A stretch of 64,000 bases of DNA from Clostridia bacterium (GTDB lineage: Bacteria; Bacillota; Clostridia; Oscillospirales; CAG-272), in NCBI GenBank assembly GCA_017625755.1, contig JAGAKG010000036.1, forward strand, positions 92,952 to 156,951. Direction: 5' to 3'. The position numbers and the translations under genes were made by a program. Position 1 is the first letter of the stretch, and every line of letters starts with the position of its first letter. The notes beneath the pieces were generated by a model. It had not been told where the DNA came from, made no database searches, and was given only the letters and a program-made list of their open reading frames with translations. Shown here one piece after another: positions 46,901 through 55,900 of this stretch.

Positions 46901-49900
46901 GGCAACGATAACTCAGGCGGCAACCTGTACCGTACCCGGTATCAAGACATATAAGTGTACCGTCTGCGGCGGTCAGCCCGCTGAGAACGCGACCGTTGAG
47001 TATTCCGAGGCATCGGGACACACCTGGATCGAAACCGCTTCGACGACGACTACCAAGTCCTACGAGTGCTCTGCTTGCGGCGAGACAAAGACGGTAGTAC
47101 ACAGCGACGGTAACTCGGCGAATGTCGGTGCGAGCGACCTCAGCTCCTCGGGCGGAGTCAACCTCGGCGGAACCGAAATAGAGCTTGACTCGGCTACCAA
47201 GGAGCAGTTGGGACAAATCACTCAGACTGAGAATATTACTGTCTCCGTCAATAAGATAGAGGGAAATGACAGAAACGACCTTGTCAACGACGAGACTCAG
47301 CTTGAATATATCGGCGACGCTCCCATCTACGACCTCACTATGTTGATAGGCGGAGATGAAAACAACAAGATAAGCAACTTTAACGGTAAGGTCACCGTTC
47401 GTATACCCTACACGCTTGAGAGCGGCGACGACCCCGAGAATCTTACCATCTGGTATATTGATGACAACGGAGAGGTTTCCACTATCGACGGAGCGACCTA
47501 TGTCGTTATCGGCGGTCAGGGATATGCGGTATTCGAGACCGACCACTTCTCATACTATACCGTTACAAAGCTCACCCCCGCAGAGCGTTGTGAGCGTGAC
47601 GGACACATAGAAAAGACTATCAAGCAGAATGCAACCTGCCTTATAGGCGGATACGAAAAGACAGTATGTACCCGTTGCGGAGAGGTTCTTGAGAATAAGA
47701 CAACTCCCGCGCTCGGACACAATTGGAGCCAGGAAGTAATCTCCGAGGCTACCTGTGACGAGGCAGGTCAGACCAAGCACTCCTGCGACAGATGTAAGCT
47801 CGTTTACTACACGGTAACTGCTGCTATCGGTCACAAGTGGGCAGAGGATAAGACTGTTGAGGCAAGCTGCTCCGAAACAGGATATATTCTTTACATCTGT
47901 GAAAATAACAAGGCGCATACCTATACGGTAGTTATACCTAAGAAGAACCATAGCTATGTATCTGTGGTTACAAAGCCTACATGTACGACAGAGGGATATA
48001 CGACTCATACCTGCTCTGATTGCGGAGCAAGCTATATCTCCGACCGCGTAAAGGCAACGGAGCATAAGATAGTAACCAAGGTAGTTGAGCCTACCTGTAT
48101 CTCCGAGGGATACACGGCACAGTCCTGCGAGAAATGCGGACAGCGTTTCAAGGATATAGACATAGTTCCCAAAACGGGACATAGCTGGGATATAGAAGCT
48201 CCCACTTGTAGCAAGGGACAGACCTGTACTGTATGTAACGCGGCGGGTGATGCTGCTACGGGCGAGCATAATATGACAGAGAAGGGCGAATGCTCCGATT
48301 GCGGAAAGGCGTGCGAGCATAAGTTCTATCAGGGAGAGGTTCACGCTCCCACATGTATTGAAAACGGTTACACCGAATACATCTGTAACTTCTGCGGACT
48401 CGTTGAGAACCGCGATGTCGTAGAGCACGGCGACCACACCTGGAAGGATGCCGAGCATAAGGCGGCAACCTGTACCGACGACGGTTACGATAAGTGGATA
48501 TGCTCTGTATGCGGTGAGACCAAGACAGAGATAATTTCTCACGGAGACGGATTCCATAAGACCTCTACCAAGGTCGTTGCTCCTACCTGCGAGGAGGAGG
48601 GATACACACTTCAGTTCTGTAAGGTCTGCGGACAGGAAATAGAGCGTACAAACGCAGTTCCCGCAACAGGACACAAGTATGAGGTAATCGAGAATGTCGA
48701 GGCTACCTGCGAGAAGGACGGTTATATAATTGCCAAGTGCGCGGGTTGCGGACACGAGACCGAAAAGGTACTTGAGGCAACGGGACACAGCTACAGTGTT
48801 TACGAGGTTATAGAGCCTGAGTGCGGCAAGGAAGGCGCGACTGTATACAAGTGTTCGGGCTGTGGCTCGACATACGAGGAGCCTATCGAGGCGCTTAAGC
48901 ATAACTTTGAGCAGTACGGTAAGGTAGAGCCTACCTGTGAGGGTGAGGGAGCTATACTTTACAGATGTACCGCCTGCGGAGTTGAGATAGCGGAGATAAT
49001 CAAGGCAAACGGACATAACTACGAGCTTTCCGAGACGGTTGATTCTACCTGTACAGTAAACGGTAAGAAGATATACGCTTGTACGGCTTGTGACTCCACC
49101 GTGGAGGAGGAGCTTGAGCTGGCTGACCACAATTATGTTGACGGTAAGTGCGAGGCGTGCGGAAAAGAGCAGTCCTCTTGCAAGCACGCAAGTCTTGAAG
49201 ATTGCGATGTAACATACAAGTTTATAAACGGCTCGACTTCCTGCGAGGAAGGTGTTGAGGTGATCTACACCTGCCCGAACTGTGAGCAGGTAGTAATCTC
49301 CGAGATAAGAGACGGACATATTTACAGACGCGAGGATATTTCGGCTGACTTTGATGTTGCGGGTAACATTTTCGTTGAAAAGTGTATAATCTGCGACAGA
49401 GGAGATATCTATATCAAGCTTCCCAACTGTCAGATGATGTCTACGACAGATAAGCATATTGACGAAGAAGGAAATACCGTCGTAGTTGAGACATATCTGT
49501 GCGTTGACTGCGGATTCAGCTATACTCGCAAGATGACCGTGAAGTCGGAAGACTGCAGGTCTGAATATGAGTATGTATACACATTCGGTAAGGACGGATA
49601 CACCGTAAGAATAGTGAACATTGCGGAGTCTCACAACTACTTTACCGAGTGGGAGGAGTTTATTGACGAGGAGAATCTCACACTCACCGAGGTCGGAATA
49701 CGCTCCTGCAAGGATTGCGGCAAGGTATTCTACCGCAGAACAGATACGATGAAGTATCTTGCTGAGGATATTCCTCTTGAGTTTATTGAGACATTGGAGC
49801 TTGCTCTTGACGATAAGGGAACAGAGTTTATTTTGGTTGAGAAGGAAGCTCAGCGCGCTGAATACGAGATAACCGAGGACGGTGAGTATATCCCCGTTGC

Positions 49901-52900
49901 TATGGTTGGAAGCTATACCACTTACAACAGTAAGGGTGAGCCCGCAACCGTAGAGGAGGAGATAGAGAAATACACCGCCGACGGCGATGAGAGCTATTTC
50001 TACGCGGCACTGTATAATTACATCTGCGGCGAAAAGGTACTCATAGAATATGAGGAAGAAGAATATGTTACAGTCACACTGCCCGGCGGATACGAGAAGA
50101 ACTTTATCGCATCCAACAAGGCGGGTGAGTATGACATAAACGGAGAGGTCATCTACCTTTACGAGGAGACCTACACCTACGAGATAATTGAGGGTGAATC
50201 CTGCAAGATCAATGTAACTTACTCCGATTCCGAGGGTAACACGGATACCTTCGTTAAGGAAGCGCATGTCAATGTTGAGAAGTTTATCGAATTTGCAGAA
50301 GGCTCGAACAGCTGTACTCAGGGTGTATATACCGTAGAGAGATGTACCGTTTGCGAGACCGAGATAAACCGTACTTACAGAACACACCATTCGCTTTATA
50401 GCTATGCTGACGATGAAATCGATGCGGGCGAGCTGGGATGCGAATGCGGCGGATTTATATCTCGTGTTCACTGCGAGTACTGCGATTATGAGTCTGTAAA
50501 TTACCACTTCAACTGTGATATGTCTGAGGGCGGATACGATTACGACGGCGACGGTAAGTTCGATACTCCCGAGGTCGTTCTTCCCGTATTGCCGAACGAC
50601 TCCAAGTACGATGTCGGATACGGCACCGTTGACGGAGATATCGCGTATGACGAGGAGATCGGCGGCGATAACTGGGGCGAAATCGTAGATGGAGATACGA
50701 CTACATCGACCTTCAAGACCGAGCAGACCTGCCGCAACTGCGGATTCAGCTATTCTGTTGAATGGTACACCGAGCGCGGCGAGAACTGCCAGGTTACTAA
50801 GTATTACACATATAGCTTTGGTAAGGATGCCGACGGAAACGCTCTGCTCGTAATAGAAACGGTAGACGATTCGAGCTACACGCATTCCTACACAAGCGAA
50901 GAGAAGATGCTTGAGGATACCTACGAAACTCAGGCTGACGGAAGCGTACTGCTTGTAACTGTCTTTGAAACAAAGACATATTGCGTAAGTTGCGGTCATG
51001 TTTCAAGTTACGAGCGTGTTACGGTTAAGCGCGACACCGAGGGCTATGTTCTTTACGAGGGACGCGAGCATATAAGCGGTGAAGGCGATAATAGCTATGT
51101 ATCCGAAAAGATAGAGACTATCTACGAGAAATATAAGCATCCCGACGGAACTGTCGAGACACGCCAGACCGGCTGGGGTGAGTACAGATACAACCAGCTC
51201 GGCGAGGAGATTTATTTCTCGAGAGACACCTATATATACAATGATGAAACTCCCTGTATCGTAACCGTTATCTGGGAAAACTCGAACGGTGACCGCGAGG
51301 AGCATAAAGAAGAAAACCACGAATTTACCAGAGTTCCCGTACTCGTAGAGGGTGCGGAGAGCTGTGAGGACGGCGTTCGTATCGTTGACAGATGTACCGT
51401 CTGCGGATACGAGGAGGACGAGGGCAGAACAGTCAATTGGCACTATACCGTAAACGAGCATATCGACTTTGCGCCTTACGGCTCTATCTGCGGAGCTTGG
51501 ATGAATATTGAAACTTGTGCGTGCGGACAGAGTTCTTACATCTACTTCGAGCGCGCGGGAATGTTCAATATTCAAAATGGCTCCTACAAGGACGAGAACG
51601 GCAATATGCACAAGCTCGAACGCGGCGAATGTATGGCTGACGGCTTCTGGTACGAGATAGACTACTATTCGGTAAGAGGAGAGAACTGCTCTGTTACCGA
51701 GTATTCGGTATATCGCTTCGGTAACTCCGAAAGCAAGGAAGCGCTCCTTGAAAAATCGATAGTAAGAGAGAGAAAGGGCGCTCATAAGACAGAGTTTAAG
51801 GAGATCGTCAATGAGACGACTCAGGAGTTCGACGAGGTAACGGGCGAGGTTCTGAATGTTCATACATACGAGGTAGCTCACACATGTATGAATTGCGGAA
51901 CTGTAACAGACCACTACCGTACGGTCGATAAGAACGACAAGCTCGGAAATTCCGTATATCATAAGAACGAGAATTTCTTTACCGCTTCGAATGGCGTTGA
52001 GTATCTGGGTAACAGCTTTGAGGCACTCTATATGTCCGTAAAGCTTGCCGATGGAAGCATAGCTACGGTAGAGCTATCCACCTCCAATAAGGAATACGAC
52101 GAAAACGGAAATCTTACCTGGTTTGAGGATACCGTTTACGAGTATGTCGGCGGATACTGTGAATATATTGCTCACAGGACAAACAGCGACGGAAACGAGT
52201 GGGAAGAAAAGGGTGAGAATCACGGAGCGACTGTTGAGAGAGTAACTCTCATGGAAGGCGCCGAGACATGTGACGACGGTGTTATATGTACTCATGTATG
52301 CCTGCTCTGCGGAAAGGAAACATACAGAACCGAATTCTATCATCACTATACCGTATATGAGAGTGTTGATCTTAGCGAGTACGGCTGCAAGTGCGGCGGA
52401 CAGTTCGATGCCAATACCTGCGCGTGCGGAATGTATAATAACTTCGATATAGGCGCAGGCTGTGCGTTCGAGTCCACCCGTACAACGGTAGTTGACGCAG
52501 AGGGCAACAAGCATACTGTTACGACCTATACCTGTATGAACTGCAACTTCTCTTACTCGAGAGAGACCTGGAGAGAGACAGGCGCGTTCTGCCATACCTA
52601 CTACTACACGGTATTCAATATAGGTCTTGATGCGGAAGGCAATGCGGCGATAGTCAAGACCACGGTTAAGGATGCGGGAACCTCCCACAACATCACGACT
52701 GAGGGCGGAGAGGCTATAAAGACCACCGAGACCGATGAAAACGGAAATATACTTACCGTAGTTACGACAGAGATAAAGAATTACTGTCTCATTTGCGGAA
52801 CCGTTGAAACGCACTTCGTAACGGTTGAAAAGTACAACGCAAACAACGATGTTGTTTACAAGGCCAACACGAATTACGCCTTTGCCGATGGAAAAGAGTA

Positions 52901-55900
52901 CATCTGTAACGAGATTGTTGAGAAATTCGAGATAGTACTTCTCGCAAACGGAAATCAGAAGCAGCTTTTGACAGAATCCTCTAATTACACCTACGCTCCC
53001 GACGGAAGCATACTTGAATTTATCGTATATGAATACGAGTATACAGAAGGCGATTACTGTAATGTTAAGGTTACATACAACAGTAGCAATGGAAGCGATA
53101 GCTATACCGAGGAAAGACACGGTAGCCTCCAGGAGAGCTTTGCTCTCATGGAGGGCGCTACCAACTGCTATGAGGGAGTTCTTGTAACCAACACCTGCCT
53201 TGATTGCGGTAAGGTAGTAAATACCGAAGAGATTTACAGACATGTTACCAGATGTGAGACGGTAAATCTTAGCGAGTACGGAAGTGTATGCGGCGATTTC
53301 ATTGACTTCTATTCCTGCCCCTGTGGCGAGAATAATCATTACAAGCAGGCTTATGCGTGCGCTTACACCTGCGTGGAAAGCAAGTATGATATACTAAACG
53401 GATTTGAGCGTGCATACGAGGCTTACCGTTGTATGAATTGTGGTTTCGAATATACCTACGAGCGTTGGACGGAGCTTGACGAGAACTGCAACGGCGCTCA
53501 GTACACCAAGTATTCCTTCGGTAAGGACGAAAACGGCAATCCTCTCGGTGAGAAGATAGTTGAGATTTCTATGAAGGAAGCTCATAATTGGACATATGAC
53601 GAGGATATCGTTGAATCTGTGGAGACAGACGAGAACGGTAACACACTCAAGGTCATCACTACCGAGAGAACCGAGTACTGCTCGAACTGCGCGAAGCGTA
53701 GCTTCCGCGAGATTACCGTTGAGAAATTCGACGATAAGGGTAACATAGTATTCAGAGAAACAAGCAGATACTATACCGACGAAAAGGGAGAATATCTCTC
53801 CGAGACTGTTACAAGCACATTCGCGACGGGTGTTAAGGCAGACGGCACGAGCTTCACATATGAGGCTTCGCGCAAGACGCTCTACCACTACGGTATTGAC
53901 GCAGGCTACTGGTGCCAGTACACCTACACCTACAAGGACGGAAACTGGTGCACAAGGTATGTCACTATGACTGCATCCGACGGAAACAGCAATAGCTATG
54001 TCGAGGAGAACCACGGAGAGTACAAGACGGTAGTTACGCTTATGGACGGAGCGGCAGACTGTAACAGCGGCGTAATCGTAAGCGAGATGTGTGTCGACTG
54101 CGGAACCGTATTTAAGTCTTACGATGCTTATCATCACTATATGGTAACTGAAAGGATAGATGCGTCCACACTTGGTTGCGGCTGCGGCGGAGAGGTAGTT
54201 ATTGACGCCTGCGCTTGCGGATATCAGTCGAATGTTCATGTTAAGACCGGTTGTACATTCAATATCACCTCTGACAAGGTAGATAACGGAGACGGAACGA
54301 CTCATAACACCAGCATATACGCCTGCGATATCTGCGGCTTCAGCTATACCTATGAGCGTTGGAACGAGTATGACGAGAACTGCGTCAACTACAACAACAA
54401 GGTTTATAAATTCGGACTTGACAAGGAGGGCAATCCTCTCCTTGTCAAGGAGATCAGATTAAGCCGCGGTGAGAATCACAGCTACTCGGGTATCAATAAC
54501 GAAGCTGTTGAAACCACAGAGATAGACAAGGCAGGAAATGAGCTTCGCGTCGTTACTACAACAGAATCGAACTCCTGCACGCGTTGCGGCAGATTCGGTC
54601 ATATGAATGTAACCGTAGAGAAATACCTTACCGCAAACGCTGAAATGGGCGACGAAATCTGCGTATATATCTGCAAGGAAAACTATATCCCCTCTGTCGA
54701 GGCAGAGAACGGTATCTATCTCCATAGCCAGGATATATGGGAGTACGGTTATTACACCGACGCACACGGTAAGCTCGCTACCTATCCTACTCTTGAATAC
54801 ATCGTATACTACAATGTTTACGGTGAGATAGACGACTTCCAGCGTTACGAGTATTCCTACAAGGAAGGCAACTATTGCGTTGCAACGGTGCTTTATACTA
54901 ACTTCTACGGAGACAAGAGCGAGGAAGTAAGAACGAATCACTCCGAAGTTCACTTTGATTACATTCTCTCCAAGGGAAGCGAGTCCTGCGCTGACGGAAT
55001 CGACCTCGTAGAGCTTTGCGTAGCCTGCGGAACCGAAATATCCCGTATGGAAAATTACACCAAGGAGCATCTGTTCTGCGATACCCCCTCGAGTGTAATA
55101 GACCTTGAGCAGTACGGCTCTGTCTGCGGCGGCGAGCTTCAGATATTCACCTGCCCTTGCGGAAAGAAGGAGAACACAAATATAGTTTCGGATTGTCCCT
55201 TCAACTATACGGGCGAGTATTACACCTACACGGCAGCGGACGGAAGCACCCATACCCGTGAGATAATGACCTGCCCCGTTACCGACCCCGAGCTTTGCGG
55301 ATTCAGCTATGTCTATATTGATTGGCAGACCTCCGATGAGAACTGTATGGCAGTTTCCCATCGCGTTATCCTTCTCGGAGTTGACGCCAAGACAGGAGAT
55401 TACGCTTATAAGTATGAGGCTACCTACGGTGAGGATTATTACAATCACTCGATGATAAATTCTTATAACACCTACATCACCGACGACGGCAAGACTGTTA
55501 CCGAGAGTGTAAATACCTGCGAGAAGTGCGGAGCCATATCCTACAAGAACATAACAACATCTTATGTTGACGAAAACGGAGACAATGTTTTTGAGCAGGA
55601 GTCATACTATTATAGGACGGAATTGGCGGATAACGCCGTTCTCAGCCATAATTACAGAATAAACATCACGAGAGATGTTAAGGTTGGCGACGAGACTCGT
55701 AGCGTAACGGTTTACACAAAGAACGAGGAATACGGCTATCTCGATGAGCTTATGTATTGGACTGAGGAATCCTATGTATATAACGAGGAATCCTGCTGTA
55801 CGGGAACAAGAAATGTGAAGAGATACCATGCGGATAAGGATATAATCAACGAGGAAAGCTACGACTTTGATAATCATTCAATCCACAACAGCGAGATTAT

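Noticed and set aside
44277-49178. Regularly spaced short repeats that might suggest a CRISPR array or satellite DNA.
   Set aside because: The repeats are in-frame coding units (45-49 aa and about 38 aa) of one continuous ORF and are conserved at the protein level. There is no repeat-spacer structure, leader or cas gene.
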